From NCBI GenBank assembly GCA_020632535.1, contig JACKFJ010000001.1:410890-474889 (forward strand): a stretch of DNA of 64,000 bases, written 5' to 3'. A program made the translations under genes and the position numbers. This stretch comes from Candidatus Omnitrophota bacterium (GTDB lineage Bacteria; Omnitrophota; Gorgyraeia; Zapsychrales; JANLHA01). Of this stretch, positions 9,072 through 18,500 are shown piece by piece (within the stretch, counting starts at the first letter, position 1; every line of letters begins with the position of its first letter). The notes below the pieces were generated by a model, which worked only from the letters and a program-made list of their open reading frames with translations, did no database searches and had not been told where the DNA came from.

Positions 9072-10798
9072 TGATTTGTCACCGTAGTAGAGGGAAGAGT
9101 GATTGAGAATGTCGTTCCCTTTTCTTTAATACTCGCCACTGTAATCTTTCCATCATGATCCTCAATAATTCCCTTAACAATCGCAAGTCCTAGGCCAGTT
9201 CCGGTGTCCTTGGTGCTGTAGAATGGTTCAAAGATTTTGTTGAGATTTTCTTTGGATATGCCAAGGCCAGTGTCGGTGAAGGTGATGACAACAGTCCCAT
9301 TGCGAGGAGCCTCTTGAGGCGACGCGGCAATCTGTATAGATTGCGAACGGAGTGAGTCCCTGTGGGACTTCATCACTGCGTTCTTCGCAATGGCAGTGAT
9401 TATAAGCTTCCCGCCATTAGGCATGGCCTCGAGAGCATTGAGAATCAAATTGATGAAAACTTGCAACAGTTTATTGGAGTCAGCTTTGATGGTCGGTAAA
9501 TTGTCCAAAAATTCTGTGACGACTTTAATATTTCCTTTGCGTAGCTGATTAGTGGTTAAGTTAAGCGCGTGTTCGAGCGTGTTCTTGATATTCGTGTCTT
9601 TTAGAGTCAGGGGAGAGGGTTTGGCAAATTCGAGCAGTTCGTTTAAAATGTTTTCGATTCGGGTAATTTCAGTGCTGGCAAGCGATTCAAATTTAGCAAC
9701 AAATTCTGGATCATTCCTCTTTTTAGGGAAATATTCAACAAAAGTCTTAAGTGCTGTTAATGGATTACGTATTTCATGGGCGATACTACTTGCTAAAGTT
9801 GCGATGGTTTTTAGTTTTTCATGCTGGACTGCTTCTTTTTTGAATTGAGTGTTTTCTTCGACAATTTGAGGAATTGTTCGGTGGAAAAAACGTTTTTCAA
9901 ACCATTCTTGAATAATATTTCGGAACGGGACAAATGTAAACGCGATGAAAATTGTGGAAATCAAAGAAGGCATAATTCCTGTATAACCAATTACTCGTTG
10001 AAGACTTCGTTCTAAAACAAAGACAAATGCTAGGTAGATGACGGTGATTAATGTTAAGAGTGTTGAATAGATAATGCTTTGTTGAATGATGACTTGTATG
10101 TCCATTAATCGATGTCTTACGATCGCATAAGCGCATATCAAAATAAATAATGTGGCGGGTAAATAACCTATTGGATAAATGGGTATACCATAATTGGCAA
10201 TGAAATCAATACACGCAATATCAAATATTGCCAATCCGAATATCATGTATTTCATTTGATTTCGTAAGGTAATTTTATTGATATGTACTTTTAAGCCCTT
10301 TATCAAAATTATTAGACTTCCCGGTAAAGTAATAAGTGCATAAATTAAGAAATGTGGGTGATAAGTGCCTGCTTTGGGGTAATACCCCCAAGAGTAATGA
10401 TATAATCCTGCAAAAATGTAGTTGGTGTTGATAACTAAATAGCAGAAAAGTGCACTAAGGAGATTTCCTATAAAAATTAATTTTTCAAGTCTTTTGATTC
10501 CGGCAAGGGTGATTGCATAAGCGAGCATATTCATTCCAATAAAACAAACTCCGCAATATCCCAGTCGATAGAGCCATTGGATGAGCTTTGGGTCCGCAAA
10601 AAGCGATAGCGTATAATTTATGGAATAAAGGAAAAGCCATACAAAGGTCGCAAGGCAGAGGTAAAAGAATCGCTGATTAAGAAGGGATGATGGGTTTTTT
10701 ACTAAGACGAAAATCCCTGTCACCAAAATTAAAAGTGACGATAAGAACGGCGGGATAGAGTAAGGGTTGATTTGAAATGCAACGTCATGCAGCATCAA
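9068..10798 (-). CDS. sensor histidine kinase, 7TM-type N-terminus (paralog 2)
   Basis: Same architecture as 7410-9071 (SSIAHEIRNPLTAL, NLILNALEAM, DTGLGI, GTGLGL). 4-nt overlap with the downstream paralog. Confidence 0.9.
   Translation of the reverse strand: MMLHDVAFQINPYSIPPFLSSLLILVTGIFVLVKNPSSLLNQRFFYLCLATFVWLFLYSINYTLSLFADPKLIQWLYRLGYCGVCFIGMNMLAYAITLAGIKRLEKLIFIGNLLSALFCYLVINTNYIFAGLYHYSWGYYPKAGTYHPHFLIYALITLPGSLIILIKGLKVHINKITLRNQMKYMIFGLAIFDIACIDFIANYGIPIYPIGYLPATLFILICAYAIVRHRLMDIQVIIQQSIIYSTLLTLITVIYLAFVFVLERSLQRVIGYTGIMPSLISTIFIAFTFVPFRNIIQEWFEKRFFHRTIPQIVEENTQFKKEAVQHEKLKTIATLASSIAHEIRNPLTALKTFVEYFPKKRNDPEFVAKFESLASTEITRIENILNELLEFAKPSPLTLKDTNIKNTLEHALNLTTNQLRKGNIKVVTEFLDNLPTIKADSNKLLQVFINLILNALEAMPNGGKLIITAIAKNAVMKSHRDSLRSQSIQIAASPQEAPRNGTVVITFTDTGLGISKENLNKIFEPFYSTKDTGTGLGLAIVKGIIEDHDGKITVASIKEKGTTFSITLPSTTVTNQ
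9297..9393. repeat. family-1 palindromic element embedded in frame in a kinase gene
   Basis: ccattgcgaggagcctcttgaggcgacgcggcaatct-gtat-agattgc...ttcgcaatgg. It shares cattgcgaggagc, gcaatct/agattgc and tcgcaatgg with the intergenic consensus. It encodes ...RSQSIQIAASPQEAPRNG.... Confidence 0.75.
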
Positions 10799-11163
10799 CT
10801 ATTCTTCACCCCCAAATTCTTTCTCACGGTCGCGAGAATTTCATCGGAAGCAAAGGGCTTGACGATAAAGCCGGAGGCTCCGATACGCACCGCTTCGGCG
10901 GCGGCATCGACACTTTTGTAACCTGTTACGATAATCACATTTATTTTTGGAAAATTTTCCTTAATCTGTCGCAGGACTTCAATCCCCGAAGTTTTTGGCA
11001 TTTTGATATCCAAAAGAACGAGCTGGACATCCGGTGCGCCTTTGAGCGTTTCGACGCACAGCGTGCCGTCGCTGATTACAATCAATTCAAAAAAATCACT
11101 CAAAATAAGTTTGAGCGATTCACGGATTCCTTCTTCATCATCACAAATCATAATCTTTGCCAT
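10795..11163 (-). CDS. single-domain response regulator (REC)
   Basis: KIMICDDEEG...VLLDIKMPKTSG...VIIVTG...KP receiver motifs. Confidence 0.85.
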   Translation of the reverse strand: MAKIMICDDEEGIRESLKLILSDFFELIVISDGTLCVETLKGAPDVQLVLLDIKMPKTSGIEVLRQIKENFPKINVIIVTGYKSVDAAAEAVRIGASGFIVKPFASDEILATVRKNLGVKNS

Positions 11164-11187
11164 TTTATTCTCCTGTTGAATTTCGTC

Positions 11188-11760
11188 TTACAGCATAACC
11201 GGCGTTATAACGGAAATCACCTTAACTGCTTTTTTACCCTTGTTCTCAAAGTGGTGCTCGACTGACGCGTCAAAGTAAAGGGAGCTGTTGGTCTTAAGCG
11301 CATAGTGTTCCTTCCCTATATACGCGGTGACTTCGCCTTCTAGAATAAAGATAAATCTTTCGGATCCGCTGGGGTTTTGTTCGGTGTTGGTTTTGCCATC
11401 TGGCTCGATTCGTAAAATAATTGGGAGCATCTTTTTCTTTAAAAGCTGGCTGGTCAAAATTTCATAAGAGGCGCGGTCATTGTATGTAAAAGATTCGACA
11501 GATGTCTGCGGTTTGTTGACGTGGGGGGGCTCAGCTTTTTGCTCATCATTTTTGAGATTGTCATACAGTTCGACTAAGTCGACACTCAGTGCTTTGGCAA
11601 TGTTTAAATGCGACTCAAGGGTGCCGGTCATTTTCATGTTTTCAATACGGCTGAGTGTCGCAATTTGGACGCCGCTTTTTTGCGACAAATCCGTCAGGGA
11701 CATTTTGTTCTTTTCACGTAATTCTTTGAGACGTTTTCCGATTAGCATGGGGTAGTCCAA
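11188..11760 (-). CDS. XRE-family HTH plus C-terminal cupin transcriptional regulator
   Basis: N-terminal IGKRLKELREKNKMSLTDLSQKSGVQIATLSRIE is an XRE-type HTH. The C-terminal ~90 aa is cupin-like (ERFIFILEGEVT...H.FEN). Confidence 0.8.
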   Translation of the reverse strand: MDYPMLIGKRLKELREKNKMSLTDLSQKSGVQIATLSRIENMKMTGTLESHLNIAKALSVDLVELYDNLKNDEQKAEPPHVNKPQTSVESFTYNDRASYEILTSQLLKKKMLPIILRIEPDGKTNTEQNPSGSERFIFILEGEVTAYIGKEHYALKTNSSLYFDASVEHHFENKGKKAVKVISVITPVML

Positions 11761-11783
11761 TGTTATTACTGCAATTTTATGAA

Positions 11784-11880
11784 TGTCATTCCCGCAATCT
11801 TTGGATTGTCATTCCCGCAATCTTTTAGCGGGAATCTATTCTCATAGCAGATCCCCGATAAGAGCTTTCGGGGATGACAG
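11784..11880. repeat. family-2 repeat (TGTCATTCCCGC...GGGGATGACA), one partial plus one full copy
   Basis: It contains two hairpins, attcccgc/gcgggaat and atccccga/ttcggggat, bounded by tgtcat/atgaca. The same element occurs at 36912-36984 and partially at 6183-6209 and 48911-49041. Confidence 0.75.
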
Positions 11881-12073
11881 TAAATATTATTTCAGTTAAA
11901 CACTTTAAATGACAAATTAAATATACCATCCATTGACGAAATGTCAATACTTTGTGTATTAATTAAAAATATATTTTAAAATATTTTCCATAACATACAC
12001 ACACTGTGTACAAGTTGTTTACTTTCAATAGCTTAAATCCATACATAAATTTGATGATTCAACAAATATTATG

Positions 12074-12102
12074 TTGACAAATAATCAAAACATTGGTATA
12101 TT
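12074..12102 (+). promoter_or_regulatory. candidate sigma70-type promoter
   Basis: TTGACA, 17 nt, TATATT, about 38 nt upstream of the ATG at 12140. Confidence 0.35.
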
Positions 12103-12139
12103 TGTTGCATTGGTAATCAAACACTACTGACAGGAGACG

Positions 12140-12418
12140 ATGATGATGCAATCTGGCGATGACAAAGCTCCCCGCGTAAATTCTCAAAGTGATACCTCGG
12201 TTTTTCTCAAAGACAACGGTGTGGCGATTTACACAATCCTAGCAATGCTCACACGGATTAAGAACACGGTTGGTTTAGAGGCGATGCTCGAATACATGGA
12301 TCATTACCAAAAATTGATCGAGCAGCACAATCCTCATTTTCGTGACGCGGTCAAGGAGGCGTTAGGGATCAAAAATGTTGAGAAAATGTATCGGGATATT
12401 AACCAAAATGGAAAATAA
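12140..12418 (+). CDS. hypothetical small protein
   Basis: 92-aa ORF with an AGGAGA RBS. It is coupled (11-nt overlap) to the downstream gene. No motif recognised. Confidence 0.5.
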   Translation: MMMQSGDDKAPRVNSQSDTSVFLKDNGVAIYTILAMLTRIKNTVGLEAMLEYMDHYQKLIEQHNPHFRDAVKEALGIKNVEKMYRDINQNGK

Positions 12419-13979
12419 AAGACTGCTATATTTGCTAATCTGCTTATCAATTTTTGTGAATACGGCGCATGCGAGTCAATCGCCGTGGGTCAAACGTTCG
12501 GCTGGGATTCTTGAAGCCCGCATCAATTGTGTTTATTCTGCATCAAATCACGAAACATTTGTTTTAGCCGGTACGGACAAAGCTGTTTATCGCGCCGATA
12601 ATTCGCAAAGCTCCTTTTATCCTGTTTTACAAAATTACGGAAAATCTCAATCGATCAATCAAATTGTTAGCAGTCGACGTGTACCTACATCTATATATAG
12701 CGCTACAGAAGCAGGTGTTTTTGAAAGTACCGATCAAGGCCGCAATTGGAAAAGCATTTATTCCCCAGCGAGCACCTTGGCGCGCAAAGCGCTTTGTGTA
12801 TTGGCTGATGAGCAGGCGATTTATATTGGGACGGCTGATGGATTGTATGTTCGTCGCAATAATCAGGAACAGTGGCAAAAGGATTTGAGCGAAGTTGGCC
12901 GCAAAATCGTTTTTCATTTAGCTGATGATGACACTTATGTTTACGCGGCGACCGACGATGAAGTTTATCGGATACAGAAGGTAGACCAGCAAATCAGCAA
13001 GATTTATAGTTTTGCAAATAGTGTGAGTGATGAAGAGGAAGATATTGATCAAGAAGATGAATCTGTCCGTCAGAGCTTGGTTAAAGATTTAATTTATTCT
13101 AAGAAATTATATGTCGTTGCCGAACACGACATTTTGACAAGTCAAGATCATGGGGAAACATGGGAATCACTGCCGACAGACGGTTTGCCTGTCAATTTTG
13201 TGCGCAAGCTTTTTGTGGATCAATCACAAAATATTTATGCCGCGACCGAAAAGGGGATTTTTACCTATGAGGATGGACGTTGGCAAAATAATGTGCAAGG
13301 TCTGACAAGTCAATTTACAAATGATGTCACGGCGGACGCAAAAGGCAATGTATTGGTCGCCACCAGCAATGGAATTTTTGCGAAGTCGAAGATAGATGAT
13401 ACGGCGGTTGCGGTTGTGAGTTATGAGGAAGTTCTTGATCGATTCACAATCGAGCCGACTATCAAAGATGTTCAGCGCATGGCGATCGAATACGCCAACG
13501 TCAATCCCAGACAAATCAATAGCTGGCACAATCAGTCGCGGGCGAAAGCTCTTTTTCCAACACTATCTGTTGGTTTGAGCCGCGCGGATACGGATTTATA
13601 TCATTGGGATACGGGAGCTAATCCGGATGTCTTGACACGTGGGCGTGATTATTTGGATTGGAGTACGTCAATTTCATGGGATTTTGGTGATTTTGTTTGG
13701 AGCAGTGATCACACGTCGATTGATTCACGGTCAAAACTGATGAGTGAATTGCGGCAGGATATTTTGGATCAAGTTACGCGATTATATTTTGAGCGTCGTC
13801 GTATTCAGGTCGAACTTGCGATTGAGAAGGAAAGTGAGCCAAATTCGATTTTGGAAAAGCGGATGCGTGTTGAAGAATTGACCGCTTTGCTTGATGGTTT
13901 GACGGGCGGTAAATTTTCCGAACTCAGGGGAGAACGGAATAGTAAAGCAATCCGAATAAAAGGAGAAGGAAATGGTTAA
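12408..13979 (+). CDS. secreted BNR/Asp-box beta-propeller-like protein
   Basis: Signal peptide (MENKRLLYLLICLSIFVNTAHA) and Asp-box-like motifs (STDQGRNWKS, SQDHGETWESL). The start is placed at the internal ATG at 12408. Confidence 0.6.
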   Translation: MENKRLLYLLICLSIFVNTAHASQSPWVKRSAGILEARINCVYSASNHETFVLAGTDKAVYRADNSQSSFYPVLQNYGKSQSINQIVSSRRVPTSIYSATEAGVFESTDQGRNWKSIYSPASTLARKALCVLADEQAIYIGTADGLYVRRNNQEQWQKDLSEVGRKIVFHLADDDTYVYAATDDEVYRIQKVDQQISKIYSFANSVSDEEEDIDQEDESVRQSLVKDLIYSKKLYVVAEHDILTSQDHGETWESLPTDGLPVNFVRKLFVDQSQNIYAATEKGIFTYEDGRWQNNVQGLTSQFTNDVTADAKGNVLVATSNGIFAKSKIDDTAVAVVSYEEVLDRFTIEPTIKDVQRMAIEYANVNPRQINSWHNQSRAKALFPTLSVGLSRADTDLYHWDTGANPDVLTRGRDYLDWSTSISWDFGDFVWSSDHTSIDSRSKLMSELRQDILDQVTRLYFERRRIQVELAIEKESEPNSILEKRMRVEELTALLDGLTGGKFSELRGERNSKAIRIKGEGNG

Positions 13980-14226
13980 GAAGTTATTGGTAGCAGGCTT
14001 ATGCGCCGCGATATTGACGATTTCGTCCGTGGCCATGGCGGGAGATGTTGTCGTTACAAAACGGGGGAAGAGATATCATGCGGCAACATGCGCGTTGATT
14101 TTAAGCAAGCAGACAACCGGCATGGATGAACAGCAAGCAATTGCAAAAGGCCTCAAGCCGTGCGGTAAGTGCTTGAGTGATAAGGAAGACAAAGACAATA
14201 AGAGTAATAAAAAGGAAAAGAAATAG
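13972..14226 (+). CDS. small secreted Cys-motif protein (Ada-type metal-binding-like, Lys-rich tail)
   Basis: Signal peptide, then KRYHAATCALI...KPCGKC, as in short YH..C...PC..C proteins. AAAGGAGAAGGA RBS. Confidence 0.55.
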   Translation: MVKKLLVAGLCAAILTISSVAMAGDVVVTKRGKRYHAATCALILSKQTTGMDEQQAIAKGLKPCGKCLSDKEDKDNKSNKKEKK

Positions 14227-14416
14227 TTCATAAGCGTAAGGGGGGCGGGCTTAGTTCCAAAGGCATATCTCCGCGTCGTTAGGGGTAGCGGCAAAGGAGA
14301 GCCTTCAACTAGGGGGAAATAGGGGATGGAAATTAAGCCCGCTCTCTAAAAATTTTAGAATGTACTAATCGGGGATCCATTTACGCAACACCTTCGGAAG
14401 GGAGGAATGATGAAAA

Positions 14417-14725
14417 TTGAAAATAACAATCATGTTGTTTCTATTGACTCTGACTCCTGTTCTGTTGATTGAGGCTCCTGTGTATGCCGGTTCAAGCTTC
14501 GCCACGCTTTCGATGACAACGAACGTTATTGCGATTAAGAATGCCGAGGAAATCAACCGTATTATTGAGCAAGTTAACGCGGCTCGAGCCGCATCACAGC
14601 GGGCTTTAAGTAATGAGGAAATTGCAAAAATAAAAGAACAAGCAGAACAAGCGCAGGCTAATCAGGCCATGATGGTCGTCGACGCCGGAGCCACCATCTT
14701 CTGCGGCAGTTACGTTATTGAGTAG
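14417..14725 (+). CDS. hypothetical secreted protein
   Basis: TTG start in the ORF track (an ATG at 14432 is also possible). Signal-peptide-like N-terminus, then an Ala/Gln-rich helical region. Confidence 0.45.
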   Translation: MKITIMLFLLTLTPVLLIEAPVYAGSSFATLSMTTNVIAIKNAEEINRIIEQVNAARAASQRALSNEEIAKIKEQAEQAQANQAMMVVDAGATIFCGSYVIE

Positions 14726-14726
14726 T

Positions 14727-14929
14727 CCATTGCGAGGAACGCAGTTTTGTACCCATTGCGAGGAACGAAGTAAATTTCTCATTGCGAGGAGCGAAGCGAC
14801 GAAGCAATCTATATCAGATTGCCGCGTCGGCCTTTGGCCTCCTCGCAATGATGGTGTCCATTGCGAGGAGTGAAGCGACGAAGCAATCTATATCAGATTG
14901 CCGCGTCGGCCTTTGGCCTCCTCGCAAGG
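14727..14929. repeat. family-1 palindromic repeat array (2 left-arm stubs plus 2 full 71-bp elements)
   Basis: Stubs lie at 14727 and 14752. Full elements at 14780-14850 and 14859-14929 read cattgcgaggag[c/t]gaagcgacgaagcaatct-atatc-agattgccgcgtcggcctttggcctcctcgcaa[tg/gg]. Confidence 0.9.
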
Positions 14930-14942
14930 AGAATAAAAAATT

Positions 14943-15239
14943 ATGAATATGGGTTTCGTCTATTTATTAATGAACAAAAGTAACACCGTTATCTACACTG
15001 GTGTCACACGCAATTTAGTGAAAAGAATTTATGAGCATAAAAACAAACTTGTCGATGGGTTTACCAAAAAATATAACGTAACAAAGTTGGTATATTTTGA
15101 AGTATTTGATGATTTGATATATGCGACTATTCGAGAAAAGCAGATCAAAGCTGGATCGAGAGACGATAAGTTAAAACTCATTGCTCAAAATAACCCCCAT
15201 TATTTTGATTTGTATGATGAGATTGCCGCGTCGTATTGA
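14943..15239 (+). CDS. GIY-YIG (URI-domain) nuclease family protein
   Basis: 98 aa. FVYLL...IYTGVTRNLVKRIYEH fits the GIY...YIG...R..EH pattern. The last codons (gag att gcc gcg tcg, 15220-15233) are identical to the start of the family-1 right arm. Confidence 0.8.
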   Translation: MNMGFVYLLMNKSNTVIYTGVTRNLVKRIYEHKNKLVDGFTKKYNVTKLVYFEVFDDLIYATIREKQIKAGSRDDKLKLIAQNNPHYFDLYDEIAASY

Positions 15240-15248
15240 AATATAGCT

Positions 15249-15542
15249 CCCATTGTGAGGAGCGAGGTAAATTTCTCATTGCGAGAAGCGAATAATAGTT
15301 CCCATTGCGAGGAGCGAAGCGACGAAGCAATCTATTGTAGATTGCCGCGTCGGCCTTTGGCCTCCTCGCAAGGAAAAGCAGATTGCCGCGTCGGCCTTTG
15401 GCCTCCTCGCAAGGGTATTGGCTCACATTGCGAGGAGCGAAGCGACGAAGCGATCTATTGCAGGTTGCCGCGTCGTTCCTGCGGAACTTCTCGCAATGGA
15501 ACAAGAGATTGCCGCGTCGGACTTTGACCTTCTCGTAATGGT
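15249..15542. repeat. family-1 palindromic repeat array (2 stubs, 2 full elements, 2 isolated right halves)
   Basis: Full elements at 15303-15373 and 15426-15499. Isolated right halves, each starting at (g)agattgcc, at 15379-15414 and 15506-15542. Confidence 0.9.
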
Positions 15543-15594
15543 ATAAATCTACCCCCGTGTAAGTGTGTATTAACAATTTTAGAGGGCTGGGATT

Positions 15595-18500
15595 ATGAAA
15601 AAGTTTCCTTGGGGGAAAAGCAGTATTACTTTGAGTTTTTTAGTATTAACACTAATTTCACCAAATTTATCTTTCGCGGCTGCCCCGTCCGCCACTCAAG
15701 TTTTTACGCTTTCCGAAAATCTCGACGTTGATCCCTCAACAGGAACATCATCGATTTCGATTCCTATCGAAGTCCCACAAGGCCGCGCCGGCATTCAACC
15801 GAGCATCGGCCTTCTCTATAATTCGAGCGGTGGTAATGGTATCTTGGGCGTCGGCTGGAGTATGGAACTAGGATATATTCAGCGCTCAACCAAAAAAGGT
15901 GTTCCTCAATATAACTCGACTGACATTTTTGTCCTTTCACAGGCTGGCTCACAACAAGAATTAGTCGACATTAGCGGCAATGGTACTGAATTTCGTCCAG
16001 AGACGGAAGGCGCTTTTATGAAAATTCAATTTAGTGGAACGTCTTGGACATTAACGGATCGTAAAGGCACAAAATACTTTTTCGGGACTAATATTGCGAG
16101 TCGTGTTTATGACCCAACGAATTCCTCAAAAGTTTATCGTTGGGCTTTAGAACGTGTTGAAGATATTAATGGCAATTATATGACCGTGACATATGTGCGC
16201 GATGATAATCAGGTGTATCCTTCCGTAATTAATTATACCGGTAACACAATCGCGACTTTACCAACGTACGCGCAAGTGCGTTTTAATTATGAATCCAAAA
16301 CGACTTTGGCGGATTTTTCTGAAAATTATTTGGCGGGATTTAAAATTGCTTCCATGCGCCGCATCAAAAATATTGAAGCGTATGTGGGGACAAATCTTGT
16401 TCGACGATATCAGATGAACTATTCGCTCGAAGCGGAGATGGCGCGTTCACTCCTTAACAGTGTAACGCTTATTGGCAGTGATGGGACATCGACTTTGCCA
16501 GCGACAAGGATGACTTACAGTGTTGGGGAGACAAAAATGTTGCCGCCGGTTTCGATTAATAATCGGCCGAATACAGATCTAAATAGCGACGCGCAATACG
16601 TCCGCATGATTGACATGAACGCCGATGGAAAGGTCGATATCTTAAACGGTTCAGCGGCGGGATCATGGCAGATTTATTTTAATCAAAGTACAAATGATCT
16701 TGTCAATTACGGTACCGCTGTGGCGGCAGTCAATTCACCGAATTATGGTGCGAATATTGGCGATTTGCGCGTTGTTGATATGAACGGGGACGGATTGATG
16801 GATGTGGTTTACGGCAAGGGGGCTCCGTACACCATATGGATTAATAATGGCATTAATGGATTTAATCCACCTGTCGTAACAACGAATAGTACGCATATGT
16901 GGCTCGGAGACCAGAATTCCGTTCAACTCATCGATATGAATGGGGATGGTAAAACTGATATCCTCGCAAGTTCACAGACAACGGGAGGTGAGTGGAAAAT
17001 ATTTTTTAATACAACTGGAAGTGATTTTGCGCCGGGGATTACTGTCGCTAATGCACCAACTAAGGGATTTAATAATTCACAAGTGCAAATGGGTGACTTT
17101 AATGGTGACGGGCTTACTGATGTTATTATCGGTGATTTGCCGACTTACAAAATCTGGATCAACAATGGTGTTAATGGCTTTAATGCTCCTGTTAATGTGG
17201 CAAGAACTTTTCCTTATGCTTTAAATTACGCTTACATGCAATTAGCCGATATGAACGGTGATGGACTAACAGACATTGTTCGGACGTCCGAAGACTCAAC
17301 GCTGGAATACTATATTTATACAAATAACGGAAAAAATGATTTTAACGCGGGATTTGCCGCGGTTAATCGTCCGGACTTTGGTTTTACCAACGGACAAGTG
17401 CGTCTTATGGATATTAACAGCGATCGGCAGTTAGACGTCGTCATTGGTTATCCGACGGGGACGGACACCCGCTGGCGCGTATGGCTTAATAATGGAACAA
17501 CGGGATTTAACCCTGCAATTGATTTGGGTAATTATCCTGAGGGTAACATTGGCGGAAAGAATTTTGTATTCGCAGACATTAATGCAGACGGCCGAATGGA
17601 TATCGTCATGGGGCCAGCAAGCAATTGGCAGGTGTGGCTTAACAAACATGATAGTCGCGCAAGTCGGCCATCGTCATTGATCGATGTGGATAATTCGGTT
17701 GGTGGACATTTGGAATTGGAGTATCAACATTTGCCAATCGCGGGTTTAGGCGGGATTGGATATAAAACCGCGGTCAGTCCTTTTCTCTTTAATTCTGTAA
17801 AAATAATTTCACGACGGGCGAGTCTGACCGGTGATGTCTATGTTTCCAGATATGATTTTAAAGGTGGGCTTTGGGACAATAAGAACCGTGAATTTAGAGG
17901 GTTTAAAACAGTCAAAATGATTGATCCCGATGGAAATTATAGCGTGACGGATTACGCGCAGGATGATATTTATCGCGGTCGACCATTAAGTCAAGCAAGT
18001 TACGATAGCCAAAACAGACTGTTTAGCAAAAGTGTAAACATTTGGAACAATCAAGTTCTTTATCCTAACGTGAATTTCCCTTTTTTAAAGCAAACGGACA
18101 GTTATCTTTATGATGGTGACGCGACCGGCCGTCGAACACAAACACAATATTTTTACGATGAAAGTCCACAGTGCGGAAATTTAACCAAGTCAATTAGTTT
18201 TGGAGAAGTCAATCTTACGACGGGCGTAGATATCGGGACGGACAAAAGTACGACCGAAGTGACGTATCACAATAATACGACAAAGTGGTTGTTGGGTTTG
18301 CCTAAGATTACGACGATTAAAGATAATGCGAATGCGGTTTTTGCGAAAACGACTTTTTATTATGATTCCGCTACCAATACAACAACATTGCCAACCAAAG
18401 GCTATTTGACCAAGAAAGTTAATTGGGCAGGGGACGCCGTTGGTACGGTACATCCGTTTACTTTATACACGTATGACACGATTGGTAATTTACTGACCAC

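Noticed and set aside
7678-10015. Antisense ORFs inside the two kinase genes (7678-8220(+), 9552-9848(+), 9821-10015(+), and others).
   Set aside because: They are the opposite strand of strongly supported kinase genes, with low-complexity Ser/Leu-rich translations.
11923-11934. The shared 12-mer ATACCATCCATT upstream of the 12140 operon (11923) and upstream of Rhs B (37197), considered as a common operator for the XRE-cupin regulator.
   Set aside because: Exact 12-mer matches are expected by chance hundreds of times in 64 kb on both strands, especially in AT-rich DNA. The adjacent TTGAC-N5-GTCAA inverted repeat has arms of only 5 bp.
14227-14416. A G-rich leader enclosed by a 9-bp helix (GCGGGCTTA 14245-14253 with TAAGCCCGC 14334-14342), considered as a c-di-GMP or other riboswitch given the c-di-GMP theme.
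   Set aside because: I could not align it convincingly to the GEMM-I or GEMM-II consensus from memory. The helix followed by an A/T run could simply be the terminator of 13972-14226. An Rfam cmscan would be needed before any claim.
14780-14929. Possible CRISPR array: regularly spaced palindromic repeats at 14780-14929, 15303-15542 and 48922-49041.
   Set aside because: The repeat units abut each other or are separated by 5-10 nt with no unique spacers. The units are 71 bp or 24 bp and are dispersed singly across the window. No cas genes are present.
14606-15576. ORFs 14606-14848(-), 15178-15576(-) and 15255-15527(+), encoding peptides such as HCEERSDEAIYCRLPRRPLASSQ and LRRFAPRNG.
   Set aside because: They are read-throughs of the family-1 palindromic repeats on both strands. 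They are repetitive, lack an RBS, and the same peptides appear wherever the repeat occurs. Treated as non-coding.
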